This document shows, piece by piece, positions 35,901-50,929 of a stretch of DNA of 64,000 nt; the stretch's first letter is position 1, and each line of letters starts with the position of its first letter. Origin of the DNA: Camelus ferus (Eukaryota). Under the pieces are notes generated by a model that saw only the letters and a program-made list of their open reading frames with translations, was not told the DNA's origin and ran no database searches. Location of the stretch: the NCBI RefSeq assembly GCF_009834535.1, contig NC_045725.1, positions 1,302,001 through 1,366,000 on the forward strand. The letters run 5' to 3'. The position numbers and the translations under genes are program-made.

Positions 35901-38900
35901 GTAGCGCAGCCCCGCTTCACGTCGCGTCATGACCTCCGCTTGGTCTTTTCATGACGTTGGATTGCTTTTGCTTTGCCATTTGACAGTGAGATTTAGACGT
36001 GTGCGCTGTACTCATTCTTCTTAAATGATTTTAAGTCTTAAACGACTGTTAGGCAACACGTTTACCAGTTAAAGAGAAGCGGCAGGGTTCACAAAGGGAC
36101 AGAGATGTGAGGACGTGCTCCCTGAAATTGGTCAGAATAGCTTATGGCTTTTTCTGGGAGAAGTTTCCATAGATTTTCAAATTTTTAAGAGGTTCATGGT
36201 CGCTCTCCCTAAATAAGTTAGTAATTTCTATTGACAGGATGTTTTTCAGAATTTATCTCTATAGTGCCAAGAGCAAAACACATTTGCAGACTGGCAGGAG
36301 CATTGGAGCTTACTTTGAGTAGCTTAATTTAAAAGGATGATCCTTTCTTCGGGTACATGTTTGTTTGTTGTATTCGTAAAGCGGAACATTTATGTTGGTA
36401 GCATAGTAAATCTATTCCTTTTTCTTTTGGTTGGTTTTCTTTTTTTCTTTACCCCACCGTACTTTTTATGAGTGACTTTGATTTATATCTTAGAGCGACT
36501 CAAATGCAGGAAACATTGAGAGGAATTGGAATTGCACTTGTTAGAGCTAGTTTTCCCAACTCTTAACATTAGTACACCACGTTGTCTGTGGCTTTTGTTT
36601 GCTGACAGTGAAGTGCAACTGGAGGGCACTTGAATAACCAGGGCTTAATTCTTTTTATGTAATTTCTTCATAGGGACTTTAAGATAACTTTGATTTGGAT
36701 TTTTGCAATTGTAGCATTAGGGCAAAAGGCAAACATATTAGGGTGTTAATAAGGTATTTAACTTATTAATATCCTATACTAATTTGAGAGGTCATTTATT
36801 TTGATGAAGAGTAAAAATAAGGAAACTGAGCCATCTTTTCTTTGGCAGGAATGTGAGATGTTAATATCGGCTGGATTAAAATAGCAACTTGAGTAAAGAG
36901 TAGCAGGTATAAGGATGTGCTTTGTGTTTAGGAAAGGAAACGCTGTCCGGTCTGCCGTCAGTAGCTTTCACTGTCTCCTACTTGGCGGGCGAGGCGGAGT
37001 GAGGTGGGGGTGGTTTCACTGTGAACGCTGGGGGCCGTCCTCTGTCAGCAGAAGGGTCACTTGGAACCTTACCAAGGTGCATCTCAGAGGTTCTGATTCT
37101 ACAGGTCTGGGGTGAGGTCCAGGTAGCTTTCTAAAGAAGTGCCCGTGGAATTCTCGTGTGACTTTCAGAATCCTGTCCACGAGGTCAGGGTCAGAGTAGG
37201 AGTGCTGTGATTGTGGCCATTTCCCTCCTCTTCCTCTTGGACAGCAAGTTATTGAAGGAGCTTGAGGAGGTGCCTGTGGAACTCAGGAGAGTGGGGCTCT
37301 CACATGGGGGTCCTCCCAGTCGGGGAGTCGTTTCTGCGTGGCCTAGGCTGCAGTGTCCAGGTGGACGAACTCTGTTCTGGCAAGTGAATCACTGCTGTGT
37401 CCACTCTGGAGCCATGAAGGGTGTGTGTCCTGGATTCTGCCTTGCAGGGGGAGCATCAGCACCGGGTGATGTGCAGACCCTGTCGCCCTCAGCATGGGGC
37501 TAGGGTGGCTGGAGGTGTGAGGGTCGTTTGCTCTTCATGTCTGAGCAAACTCAGCAAGATGCTCTCGGCTAGGAGACAGATTTTGTGTTAACGTGAGTTT
37601 TTAGGGACTTTTACCCGAATACTTCTTTTCGAATACCTCTGTATCCGTCAGAGACCAAATCTCTGTCGAACCAGCAGGCATGCTCTTTTTGGTATTGAAC
37701 CTGTCGGTAAGAACAGTTCAATTGGACTCACTTTGGTCTTTTAAGTTACTCCTTTTCTTTTGTCCAAAACTTGGATTTCTATTTAATAAACTTTAATACT
37801 ATAGTATAGTATAGTTAGTCAAAATGGAAACTTGATATACATTACAAAACAATGTTTTATTTTCTTCTTAGTATAAGGGCAAAATATGGGTCTGTGATTC
37901 TGGAAGCCCTTTTTGGGGTTGCTCAACAGGAATTTTTGAAATTGAAGGTTTCAGTATCAAGAACAACTTAACTGTTTATTAAAAATCTCCCTCTGCAGAA
38001 ATGGCAGATAGTGGGGGATCTTCCTCATCTTGTTACGAGCCCTGTTTGGATTCCCCAGCTGTTTTAAAGTGAGTAAAAGTTCCAATGTTGAGGCTGGACT
38101 TGATTCTACTGCTTCTCCTAGAAGGTGGTTCATGGACTTGATGCTTCGACAGCACCAACCCCCTCCTCACGGTCAATCAGTTTTGAGCTGTACTGAAAAC
38201 AGAGTTATGCTTGAAGATTTTACAGATGTCTGGAGTTCGATAGAGTGATCATAAAAACAGAGTTCCCTGCTTGGTGGCTGGTCCTGTGCACAGCCTTGAA
38301 GAGACTATTTTGTGTGCTTCTCAGCTGCCTTGCCATTTTGTAGGAACACACTCTGCCGCGGTTCACTGTTACCTGAATCCCACTGTGGGTGAGAACAAGT
38401 GGGGTGTTCAATTTCTGTGTGTTTAAAAAGCCCATACAGATAGAGTTCAAAATAAGCAAACTCAGTGATACTGTCTCATAGTAATGCATTCTAATACAGT
38501 TGTATATAATGTAAATGTATTCATGGAGCTAATTGGGAATGACTTCAGGGTGTCATTCTTCAGGATCACGTAAAGTCGGTTAAACCAGCAGAAATTTATG
38601 CTCAAATGTGGAATCTCATAGAAACCAACAGCCAATCTGAGCAAACAGTTGAGACGTTATCATGCAGTTTTTTGATGGGTTTGAAATGAATTACCTAAAA
38701 ATGTAAAAATTGACCCTTCAGAAATACATGGTGCCAATTGACAGTCAAGAATATTTTTTCCAGGAGTTCAAGTGGGTTTTTAGCTGATGGAGGAGCTCCA
38801 TGCAGGGGGTGGGGCCTCCAGTCTCATGCTGTACGCTGCACTGACCTGCAGGAGGGCCGCTGGGCTGCATGGATGCTGACTTGCTGAAGAAGCGACGTGC

Positions 38901-41553
38901 TTGTACAATGTGCGGCAGCAGAGTTGGAAAGGATATTTACTATTTTAGACAATCGAACTTGAGAATAGAAGTGAAATTTGTACATGTGGTTCTTGCTTTA
39001 AAAAAATACTTTCCAACAAGCAGTTAAAATTACTGCAAACATAGAAGGCAAATGTTATTGTAGATGCAATAAACATCTGCAGGTAAGTTTAAAGTACCAT
39101 TTAAAAAAATAAGACTCCCGCGGGTAAATGGGCAAAGAACTTGAAAAATGAGGAAATTCCAATGGGTAAATAAACTCCAAAGACCCACACAGTAAAGTAG
39201 TGTACTGTCATTTTGTAGACATAGCAGAGATAAAAAGGTTTGCCTATTAGTGGATGCAGAAGCTCAGAGTAATATTCAGCTAGGAGTAAACTGATATCCT
39301 TCCGGAGAGCCGCTTGACATCGTATGCAAAGCATTAAGCGTAGTCGTACTTTATGCTCAGTAACCATGCCTCTTCAGTGGCCAGAGTTTTAGGCCCTCTG
39401 AGACTTTTGCTGTGATTGATGGCAAAATTGGAAATAACCACAATGTGCAGTGAAAGGAGAACATGGTAATGACTGTACTCTCTGGCTTTTGAGCACGCAG
39501 GCCAGCCATGACGACCGGATGCCCGGTGTGGGCCTCATGACAGCCCCCTGAGGCAGGTGCTTCCACGTAGTTTGCTCGGAAATGGAGATTTGGAATTTAA
39601 AGTGGAACGTTCTCTCCACTGGATGGAAGATTGTTTGGCTGTTAGAGATGATTTTCTAAGAGCTTTATTTGACAATCTGGGGAGAGCTGGAGAAAAGCAG
39701 AACGTATGAAATTTCCTCACGAGGGCACGTGGATCTGGGGAGAGGGGAACGTTTACTTTCACTTTGAAACACTGATACACTGTTGATTTTATTTGACTGT
39801 CATATTCTTTTTAATTATATAGCTTTTAAAAAATACTGGGTTGGAAACAAAGCAATGGTGTTTCTACTCCATTTCTATGTTTCCAAAATGAACATTTTTT
39901 AAATAGAGAAAAGATTGTAGACACCTATCTTGTTTCAGTTTTATATAAAAAATACACAGGGGTTTTAGTTAACTGCAGATTCATTAATGGATGTGAAACA
40001 CTCAGGAGAAATAGTTGAGACCATGTGGAAGGCATCATGGCAGAATCCACGCCACCCCTTTAGGAGAATCCATGCCACCCCTTTAGGAGGAAAGGGGCTG
40101 GGAGGGTTCCCAGAATTAGAAGAAGGCAGGTTGGTGCTGTGTGCGCAGTGCTCCCAAATGGGGTGAACCATGGCTGAGGTCATGACCTGTCCCCACTGCA
40201 AGCATCTGGCTGCAGGGGCAGGAGCACCCTTGTCCAGGCGCTTCCTCCGAGGAGGATGTCGACCAGCCCATTTCCTAATGCAGGTCTCTTTGAACTTGGG
40301 ATTATATAATTAAGTCCATACTGTCCACAAACACATTTTTAGTGACAACAGTACATTTTTTGAGTTCTGAAATACAGGTTTATTGTTAAAATTCACTCGT
40401 TCAATAAATACTTACTGGTGCCTTGTGTGTGTTGGGTACTGTGTGGGCTCTGAGGACACATCAGTAAAGACAGCACCTGTGGCCTCAGCCTTGGGAGGCT
40501 TCACAACTGCCTGAAGAATCATGATGTAACTTATACGGAGGGGAAGAAAAATTAAGCCCTGTAGTGTCAGTTGTTTGTTTCACTTCTAAGTGAGCTACGG
40601 TTCTCTTACTCATCATTGACAGCAACAGAGAACATTTAGAAGACTGTATAGTGATCACAGTACAGCACTTTGTATCTTGCTGTAATTATGAGCATTCTTA
40701 CATCAACTGCATACTGCCCAAACATACATTTTATGGCTGTGTAATAGTTCATCAAATGGCAGTGCCACTACTCTACCATTCTTCTGTTATTTTCTTTGAG
40801 TTTTCATGAATATAAATGATTAAAATTTTTATTAGTATCAATTCAGCTAATGAAGTATATATATAAATGTAAGGGTAATAATGTTCATAGGTGAATAACT
40901 GATATCACTGTACAACTGCATTTTGTTAAAAAACAGTATAAACAGATTTTACACCCCCCCCCAAATGGGAAAGAATATAGTAAAAATGTCATTCTTAGCA
41001 ATAACCTCTGGGTGTTGGGATTGGAGGTTTTGTTTTATTTATAGTTTTCTAGGTTTTCCAAATGTCCTGTGATGAACTTGTAACTAAGGGAAGAAATGGA
41101 AGAACATGTGCTATACACAGTACGACTTGGGTGCTGGTCCACTGGTATGTGCAGGTGTTCAGACCTAAACGACGGAGGGGTGAGGCTGTGTTTTAAAGCA
41201 GTTATTTAATGCACGTAACTCAGTGTTTGTGAAAGTGCAAGTTGGAAAAGTCCATGTGGGGTATTCCTGGTTCAGAGTGAATAGTCTAACTGTGGACGTT
41301 TTATGCAGGGTTCTCATAAATGGCTATTCTGAACGATGTTGAATGAGGTGTTACTGGCCAGTAGTTTAGGACCCTGATCGTATTGAATTATCTTCCAAAT
41401 GTCAGCTCTGCTGAGAAAAAACGTTGGAGAGTTAGTTTGGAAATTGTCCTGTTATACACAGATTCTTTCGTTTCTGTGTTCTAATGTGTTTTTACAGAGT
41501 AAAAAAGTTGATATGTTATTTTAGTTTTTTCTCCCAATCTCTTTTACTTGTAG

Positions 41554-41657
41554 GTTAAAAATTTCGCAGTAATTTATCTTGTGGATATTACAGAAGTACC
41601 TGACTTCAACAAAATGTATGAGTTATACGATCCGTGTACTGTCATGTTTTTCTTCAG
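41554..41657 (+). CDS. TXNL4A: TXNL4A coding exon 2
   Basis: TTTTACTTGTAG|GTTAAA...TTCAG|GTATGT. 104 nt encoding VKNFAVIYLVDITEVPDFNKMYELYDPCTVMFFF(R). Confidence 0.98.
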
Positions 41658-43500
41658 GTATGTGCCCTTATCTTAAAGTTGTTATTTAAATTAAGTAGGT
41701 GATCTGGAGGTTTCATGTAATCAAAATAGCTTCAGATTTTTTTATTTAGAAGGAAGTTAATTATAGTCTTATCATAATATGGTTTGTATTACCAGGCAAT
41801 CGATATTATCTTTTAAATAATTTTCAAAGTAACAATTCCAGTTTAGCATTTACTCAGTAACAAATTACTCCTTTGAATTGAATTTGAATTTGAAACTGCC
41901 CAAAAACCTAGGTGGAGTGTAAATAAATGGAAGACATCCTTATTGACTTGTAAGATACCTCTAAATATAATGTTGATGAAAATGTGTTTTAAAGTCACTC
42001 ACTTTTAAAATGTGACATCAGTGTCGTGACTTAGTGTCCTTTTGTGATACCCAAGAGGGAAACCTGTACTGAAGCAGTTTGCTTGTAAATGCAAGATTAT
42101 GGTATCAGCCGAAAAATCCTGTTGTGGACCCTAGTCAGTCAGTCATTGGTTTCAGGAATAGAATTTCCCTCGTTGCCTTAAATTAGCTTGTACTCCTGAT
42201 TTGCAGGCTTTGCATGGCAGGGAAACGTGGAGTGGCTGCTGGTTAGGCACACGGGGGTCTGATGGAGATGCAAATACGCTTGATGATATTTGTGTAATAA
42301 AGTTAAGTGACATCATGAGTGAAAGGAAATTCTGTTGTGGAGATTTAATTTGGAAAGAAATCACATTTGATGTTTTTACTTGTCATATTTTCTTACTGTT
42401 TATCATTATTACAAAAGTGAGTAAACAGCAGTGTAGACATTAGGCCGTACTCCAGAAGTGGAGCTTCTCGGCTGGTGAGGACAGTCTGGGTGGAGTGAGT
42501 GCACAGGGTATGTAACAGTGTGCACAACCTGGTGGCAAGACACCACCACTTAGGAGTCAAGGCCTGTAGGTCAGAATCTGGCGGCTCGGTGGGTTCTGTC
42601 TCGGGGCCTCATTAGGCCAGCGTTGCAGGCTGGGCTCTTCTCTGGGCAGTCAGTCGGGGAAGGATCCACTTCGTGTAGGGGGGGCAGGCATGGGCGGGGC
42701 ACAGGGGCAGAAGAGCTTGCTTTTGGGGGGACCTGGGAGGACATGAGGGGACTGACAGGTGAGGGGTGGAGTGGCAGGTGGTGAGAGGTGAGTGGGAGGG
42801 TCCAGGTGCACCGATTTCTGGGCCAGTGAGAACTTGGAACAATGCCTAGAAGTGCACCTGCAGCAGGAGGGTAATATCACATTTGCCCTTTGGAAGCTCT
42901 TCTGGCTGAAAGGAGGCCAGGGCTCGACCTCAGGATGGAGCACTTCCCAGGGAGTAGCAGCTGGGAGCCAGACGTACAACCTTGCAGAAGCGAAACGTTA
43001 AATTGATAAAAATCAGTGCAGCCAGTACAACATGGGTTAATATCTTTATTTTTATAAAGTGTACATATAAATTTATCTTAAAAAGTAGCCTCTTGAAAGA
43101 TAAGTTTGTGAAGAATCATGGAAATACAAAGTATCATTCATTTCAGTCAGTTGGAGTTTTAGTAGAATTTACACTAAGTGCTCATAAGAACAGCACAACA
43201 AACTCATACATTGCTTTCTTCAGGTAAATTAGGAAAACAGTTCGGCTTTCCCAGGGGCTAAAACTGTGTGCTTTGACGCTTCGATTACCCTGTGGGTCAA
43301 ATGCAGAAGGACCTTTGTGTATTTCTTTAAATAGCACTTAGCTTGTTTCCTGTCTCCTCCTAAATGCTGTGCTCTCTAGATCACATGTCCTTGTCTTCAC
43401 TGAGGTGCAGCGGGAGCTCTAACGGTGGAAAACCCAAGGCGCTTTTTCGTGGGATTCTTTTTGGGCCAGGCTTTCACAGCGCGGGCGTCTCCCTCTGCAG

Positions 43501-43672
43501 GAACAAGCACATCATGATCGACCTGGGCACCGGCAACAACAACAAGATCAACTGGGCCATGGAGGACAAGCAGGAGATGATTGACATCATCGAGACGGTG
43601 TACCGGGGCGCCCGCAAGGGCCGTGGCCTGGTTGTGTCCCCCAAGGACTACTCGACAAAGTACAGATACTGA
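43501..43672 (+). CDS. TXNL4A: TXNL4A coding exon 3
   Basis: CCCTCTGCAG|GAAC... encodes NKHIMIDLGTGNNNKINWAMEDKQEMIDIIETVYRGARKGRGLVVSPKDYSTKYRY*. Total 429 nt, or 142 aa plus stop. Confidence 0.98.
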
Positions 43673-43877
43673 GCTGCCCTGGCCCCGCACATGGACGCTG
43701 TGTGCTTGTGCTCACGTGGAAGTGTTTACACTCTTTAAGCCTTTGAGGAAGCGTTTGGAAAAGCACGCGGCGCTCACGGCGCTGGAGGGTTTGCAGTGAG
43801 GGTGGCATTGCTTTGACTTTCAGTCCACCTGGTCGTTGTATTTTTGTATCAGCAACTCTCTGTAAATATCCAGCTGA

Positions 43878-43887
43878 AATAAATAAA
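43878..43887 (+). terminator. TXNL4A: TXNL4A proximal polyadenylation signal (two overlapping AATAAA)
   Basis: AATAAATAAA about 205 nt after the stop codon. Confidence 0.7.
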
Positions 43888-44039
43888 ACAGATGGTGCTG
43901 GAACAGTCATAATCATTTATTTCTTAGGAAACGTGATGTTTGGGCCAGTGAGCCTGGCAGTCAAGAACTGACTCAGCCGTTGGAGTGAAGGTCAGGTGAG
44001 CATCTTTTGCGGCCCCTGTGCTTTGCACACTTGTGGGTG

Positions 44040-44400
44040 GGAGTCTGTCTGAGTTTCCTGGGGCCGCCATAATCAAGGGCCACAGATGGTGCCTTGGCGG
44101 AGATGTGTTGTCTCAGTGCTGGAGGTTGGGGTCAGGTCCAGGTGTAGGCAGGGCTGGTCCTCAGGCTATGATGAGACGCTTCCTCTCCTCCCCGGCCCTT
44201 TGTGTCCCTTGGGTTTGATGTTTCCCCCAGTCTAGGCCTTGGTGTTCCCGTGGTGTTCTCCCTATGTGCGTCTGTCCAGATGTCCACACTGCATGAGGGC
44301 CACCCACTCCAGCATGACCTCATCTCAGCGTTACATCTGCACCAGCCCCATCACCAAATAAGGGCACATGCTGAGGTCTTGGGGTTAGGACTCCCAACCC
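44040..44400. mobile_element. MaLR (MLT1-like) LTR
   Basis: GAGTTTCCTGGGGCCGCCATAA...CCAAATAAGGGCACATGCTGAGGTCTTGGGGTTAGGACT are typical MLT1 motifs. Confidence 0.7.
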
Positions 44401-46709
44401 ACAACAGAAAGGCTTCAGAAAGATTACACACCTAAGGAAAAAATCTTTTGTCCTTCTAGTTAACAACAACAACAACAAAAAGTCAAATAATGATTTCTGG
44501 AGCCTTTCTTTTAAATATAAACAGTAAGAGCTGTTTCTTATTCCTTCTAAGATTGTACCTTATGTACTTAAATCCTGTACTTAAATTCTGGAGAGTCTGT
44601 AGAAACCATGACCCTTCAGTGCATGTAGCTAAGTCGTTTCCTTATCACAGCCTTGGGTTTCTCTCCTAAATCTCCTCCCAGCAGCAGGTTATTGGCATTA
44701 TGTACAATAGCACAAAACTGGGAAATAACCTCAAAATCCAAGGAATGGTTAAAGGGATGGTTAAGTTACTTCAGCCACACGATAGAACATTAAAAAGTAT
44801 GAAACTTTCACATGGGGAGAAGTGTTCATGACATGAGAACATAAATTATAAACAATATGACCAACTATATAAAATCGCCTGCACAGAAGAAAGTGTTGAC
44901 GGTGGTTAATTCTAAACTGTAGAATCGTGAGTTATTTTGACTTTTGTATAAAGCGTCTGATTTATGTTACATGCAGGAATAATGTTATTTTTTACAATGA
45001 GACCTAGAACTGACTCACTCTTTAGGTGGTCGTAGCTCTGTTTGACTTCGGCTGAGAGGGAGCTGAAATGGACAATAGTTTGAAAGCATCTCCAACAAAA
45101 TAAACTTACATGTGATCTTTGTGTGCCTTCTTGGTGACTGCCTACACATCACGGAGCTCCTGCATCACCTGTTTCTTTGGTTTTCCTTTGATTTGGTTTT
45201 GTTTGGTTTGGAGAATGTACTGTCAGAATATGCTTGTTCTGGGCAGATTAAAACGAGTCTTCCCCAAAACTGTGACTGGAGTTGTTGAATTGGAATGCAG
45301 TTATTAAAAAAGCAACTTCTATCAGAAAACTGCTTATGATATTTTAAAGAAAGAGCTATAAAGAACTTAATTCAGGAAAAAAATTGACCTAATATAGTGT
45401 ATGCTTTTCTTCCATGATTTATAAGTATTAGGTATGCATTGAAAAATACTTTTCCATTTTACAACCATCTTTGCTAAGTGGTTAATGATCTGAATCACAT
45501 CCTTATTGCATTGCCTTTGTTCTTTTAATCTTTCATTTTACTAAAATGAATTTTTAAATTAAATACTAAAAATCAGAATCGTATTATGTAGATTATTACT
45601 CAAAAAGTACAGTTTTCGTTTTCTCACATTTTCAAGTGACTGGTCCACTGTCTTCAGGTCTGTAAGAAAAAAATAAGTAGTGGTTGCTTTATGTATCAAT
45701 TACTGTACAGTTAAATACACTGGAATCCAAAGCTTTCAATAAAAGTACCTTAATTTTCTATAATTCCTAGAAGAGTTTTGTATAGGAAAAGTTCAGTAGG
45801 TACAAAAACATGAACGTTAGGTGATTTTCAGTTAAGTCGGATGGAGTCAGATGGATTCGTGGCTGAAGGTGAACAGACCGTGGGGTTGCTTCACGCCACC
45901 AAGGCGAGGTTCTCCTCTCACAGCAGCCCGTCTGCCTCCCCACACGCGGGGAAGGTGCTCAGATGCCACAGAAGCCAAATCTGCCTAGTTTTTACCATCT
46001 TGGGGTCATGGACTCCCCTCCCCATGGCAGCGACGCAGGTTAGGGGTTTTGCCGAATCCCCTGAAATCCACCGGCACAAGCCCTATGTTAGGATGCACTG
46101 ACCCAGCACAACCAACAGGCACAGAGGGAGCCGAGCAGACCTAAGCCGGTCTGTTAATTTAAAAGGCACCAGCAGCCTTAAGCAGACTTTAAGATACCTG
46201 ACCTCTCATGCAGCTTTAAATAATGGCTGTAAGTGCATCAAAATAGTGACATTTTAAAACCTACTTCACCATTTAAAACAACCAACTGGAGTCTGGGTGC
46301 TGATGGGAAGGAACTGAGTTACCAGCCGGCATCCCCTCCCTGGCAGCATGTGCAGCACTGGAGCAGGTGCCCTGGGAACCTGGCCCTGGGGGTAGGGCGT
46401 GGTCGAGGCTCTAGGGCAGGCGGGCTGTCTGCTGCGACCTCCCTGGGTAGAGCTAATCGTTCACAGAGGTGGGGCGCCCTCCCCAAGACTGCAGCTCATG
46501 TGTGCAGGATACAGATTCCAGTTATCCTTTGACCAGAACACCGGAGGTAGAAACAGAAATGTAAAGGTAAGTCACTGACAGGTGGACTCACTCTCATTCA
46601 TTCAGCAGGATAAGCATGGACGATCTGCCTGCTGACCTGGACGACTGACCAGGAAATGGGAAAGCAGGGAAACAGCGGCATCTAATTGTTCAGCTAAAAT
46701 CAGGAACAG

Positions 46710-47215
46710 CCTAGTGTCCATCCACAGATGGCTATGTAAAGATGACGAGGTGTGTGCAGAATACTACTCAGCCGTAAAAAAAAGAATTAAATTTTGCTGC
46801 TTGCAGCAATGAGGATGGACTTGCAGGCTCTGATGCTGAGTGAAATAAGTCAGACAGAGAAAGAAATACTGTATGATATCACTTGTATGTGGAATCTAAG
46901 AAATACAGCAAAGTAATGAATATTTTTAAAAAGAAGCAGACTTATGGATATAGAGAACAAACTAGTGTTATGAGTGTGGAGAGGGAAGGGGGAGGGGCAG
47001 TATGAGGGTGGAGGATTAAGAGGAACAAACTATTAGGTATAAAATAAGCTACCAGGATGTATTGTACAATACAGGAATACAGCCAACATTCAGTAATAAC
47101 TATAAATAGAGTGTAACCTTTAAATACTGTGACACTATATTGTACACCTGGAGCTTATGTGATATTGTACATTGATTATACTTCAATAAAGATAAAAATT
47201 AAAAAATTAAATGAT
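46710..47215 (+). mobile_element. LINE-1 3' end in HSBP1L1 intron 3
   Basis: GAATACTACTCAGCC, GAGTGAAATAAGTCAGACAGAGAAAG and TATACTTCAATAAA followed by an A-rich tail. Confidence 0.85.
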
Positions 47216-47597
47216 AAAGATTAAGTGTGAAATTCTGCTGGAGAAGAAATGTTTGCATCCTGGGGCGGGGGGTGGGGTGGTATCCTCAGGAACCACTCAG
47301 GAAATGGGGTGAGAGCCTCATGTGTCTTTTTCAGTTACGTGCACACACTGTCTCACACAGAAGCCACCAGTCGTAATTCCCAATCTCTCATTCATCATGA
47401 CTTGTGTTTTGATTGAAGACTAATTTGAGAGATGAGGGTGAAAATTCAATTTAAAACAGTAGTTTCTCATTTAAAATGTGTACCTTTTAAGGACCTATGA
47501 CAAAGAATGTTTCTGGTCTATTTAGAAAAGAGCATTTGTAAATTCTTTTCTTATTCCTGAAGATTTTTCACGTAGTGCAGAGGCAGTGGTTCCCTTA

Positions 47598-48767
<1,170 letters not shown>

Positions 48768-48834
48768 TTCTGAGGTTTAATGTTGCAGCCAGAGCTTGAA
48801 AATGTTCTTGAAGTTCCTTAAATAGATTTTCTGC
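48768..48834 (-). CDS. HSBP1L1: HSBP1L1 coding exon 2
   Basis: TTTTTTTCAG|GCAGAA... 67 nt encoding AENLFKELQEHFQALAATLNLR plus one A. Confidence 0.92.
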
Positions 48835-49559
48835 CTGAAAAAAATGAACCATGAGAAAACCGAAAAGCATTTACTTTTGATGCAGGGTAGAACCACCCAT
48901 ATGTGTAGTTAGTGGATTTCTGATAAGGTCTGAGGCCTTCCCACTCAAGGGGTGAGGAAGATCTTGTCAACCAACAGTGCTGGCGCGCTGACAGCCAATG
49001 CACAGCTGAAAAACAAGCCGGCCCAAACCTTACCTCACGCCATACTTGAAGAGTACCTCAAAACGATCAGACACTTAATGTAAGCATTAAAACTATCAAA
49101 TGTCTAGAAGCTAACACAGGAGAAAAGCTTACTAACCTTGCGTTCCTCAAAGAATTCCTAAGAGTAGCTGAAACCCTCGGCCGGAGCACAGCCACAGCGG
49201 GCATCTTGCCTTCCCTGCACTTTGGGGTATTTATTAGCTGGTGTTAGGTTTCAGAAATTGTTTACAAGGCAACACAGAAACAGCAACTGTTACTACTGGC
49301 CGTGTTCTATGTTGCCTTATAGTTTACAAATTGAAATCTCGTACCATTTATGACATAACTCTCTCCTCACACCCGTGTAATGCCTCCATTTCAGAGACGA
49401 CGAGGATGGACGCGGATCTCCAGCCTGAGCCCACATCTGTGTGCGAAAGCGGCCCTCTACCCCGAGTTCCTCGCCTTGCATCAGAAGTTTTTCACTTTGT
49501 CAGGAAAATGTGGGTTTAAGTATGTGCATCTAACCGATTTCTTTCACCAAGACAAACTC

Positions 49560-50170
49560 ATCAGCCTTTAAGTGCCGCCCCCGCTCGCCGGCTCTCTTCT
49601 CCGGCGGAGGGCCTCCTGGCGCAGGGCCTCCCGGCGCAGGGCTGGTGTCTCCGCGACCCGGGTGGCGAGGTGCTGCCGCCCCGAACAGAGCGCCCGCGCC
49701 GGGTCCGCCCGGGAGGGACGCGGTGCCGGTGAGGGTCGGGCGGGGAGGGAGGGGTGGAGGGCCGCGGGGGTCCCCACTCACCGCGTCCCGCAGCGCGCGC
49801 CCGCCGGAGGCTTCGGGTCCCCGCGCGTCCATGTGGACCGGCGCCGGCAGGGACTCGGGCGCAGGGATGCGCCCGACAGGTCCGGGGTGGTGGGCCCGGC
49901 GGATGTGTTGGTTCGGCTCCGCCGCCACCCGCAGCTCCCAGCAACGATGGCCGCCCAGGCTGCGGAGGCAGAATCCGAGGGCCGGGAGATGCTCCCGACG
50001 CCGGCGGAGCCGCTGAGGAGCCCAGGAAGCAGTTCCAGGGCGGGGTGCGGACGTGAGCGTGGGGAACGCGGGGCCGAAGAGGTGCGCGCGCGGTGCTGTC
50101 CCTGGCAGGGGGGACCTCCTTGGGCTCAGGCCGTCCGCAGCTCGCCCGGCGACGCTCCACTGTTTGCTTT
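49560..50170 (-). promoter_or_regulatory. HSBP1L1: HSBP1L1 CpG island / promoter
   Basis: CpG-dense, with a GC box at about 50040. Confidence 0.8.
49782..49832 (-). CDS. HSBP1L1: HSBP1L1 (heat shock factor binding protein 1-like 1) coding exon 1
   Basis: MDARGPEASGGRALRDA, donor GCG|GTGAGT. 51 nt. Confidence 0.92.
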
Positions 50171-50204
50171 GTTTTCATTGCGCTGGAGCCCAGAGTTGGC
50201 ACGC

Positions 50205-50430
50205 TCTTTTTATTATCATTGTGGCCAAGAACACACAACATAAAAGTTGCCATTTTCAGTTTTAAGTGCGCAGTGCAGTGGCTTTAAGTACACTCACGTG
50301 GTTGTGCATCCATCACCATCATCCACCCATGCAACTTTCTAATTTTCCCAAACCGGCGTTCTGCACCCATGAGACATCAATTCTCTAGGCTCCCAGCCGC
50401 TGGTACCCGCCCTTCCACTCTCTGTGCCCG
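50205..50430 (-). mobile_element. LINE-1 3' terminal fragment
   Basis: TTTTAAGTGCGCAGTGCAGTGGCTTTAAGTACACTCACG...CATCACC pattern of an antisense L1 3' end. Confidence 0.65.
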
Positions 50431-50929
50431 TGGTTTTTATGCGATGTTGTCACCTCTCTAATGGGGGGATGGGGGGAATCTGGCTGCAGCACACACACAG
50501 CCCAAACTCCCATCAACGTCAGGGCCCTGGAATCATCCATCTCTCTGATGAGAGACTCGGCCATCTCTCGGAATCATTGCCATGTCTGCAGTCAACTTTA
50601 AGATTAAGAGTTATGTTCTGTGACCAACTCCCGACACACAGCCAACGTTTGCATCTTGATTTTAATTTTATGGAAGATCGGAAGGAAGACCTCACAGCGA
50701 CTTTCTCTGCCTCAAGTGTCCTTTAGCCTGGCTGGATTGTGGCTCGGGGTCACTTTGTGGTTGAAGTCCCAGGACCCTGTTCTTAGCAGGTATCTTTGTT
50801 TACACGTCTGCCCCCCACCGACTCAAAGCTCTGTGGGGCAGGACTGTCTGTCCCAGTCAGCCCAACACCCGAACGTCCCAGAGGCCTAGACGAGTGACTT
50901 ATGGAGACCTGGTTGCTGAAAGTGTGTGA

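Larger units (their letters stand above)
34950..35950. promoter_or_regulatory. TXNL4A: TXNL4A CpG island, probably bidirectional
   Basis: Dense CpG, GCGCAYGCR-rich (NRF1-like) motifs and CCGGAAG (ETS-like) at about 35322. Outward-facing donors on both strands at 35083 (minus) and 35365 (plus). Confidence 0.85.

Noticed and set aside
49833-49928. In-frame N-terminal extension of HSBP1L1 (MAAEPNQ...)
   Set aside because: It begins at GTG, not ATG. The MDARGPE start matches the known protein.
49947-50243. Divergent plus-strand 98-aa ORF (MAAQAAEAESEG...) with a good Kozak context at the HSBP1L1 promoter
   Set aside because: Low complexity, ends inside an L1 remnant, and has no recognisable homology or splice support.
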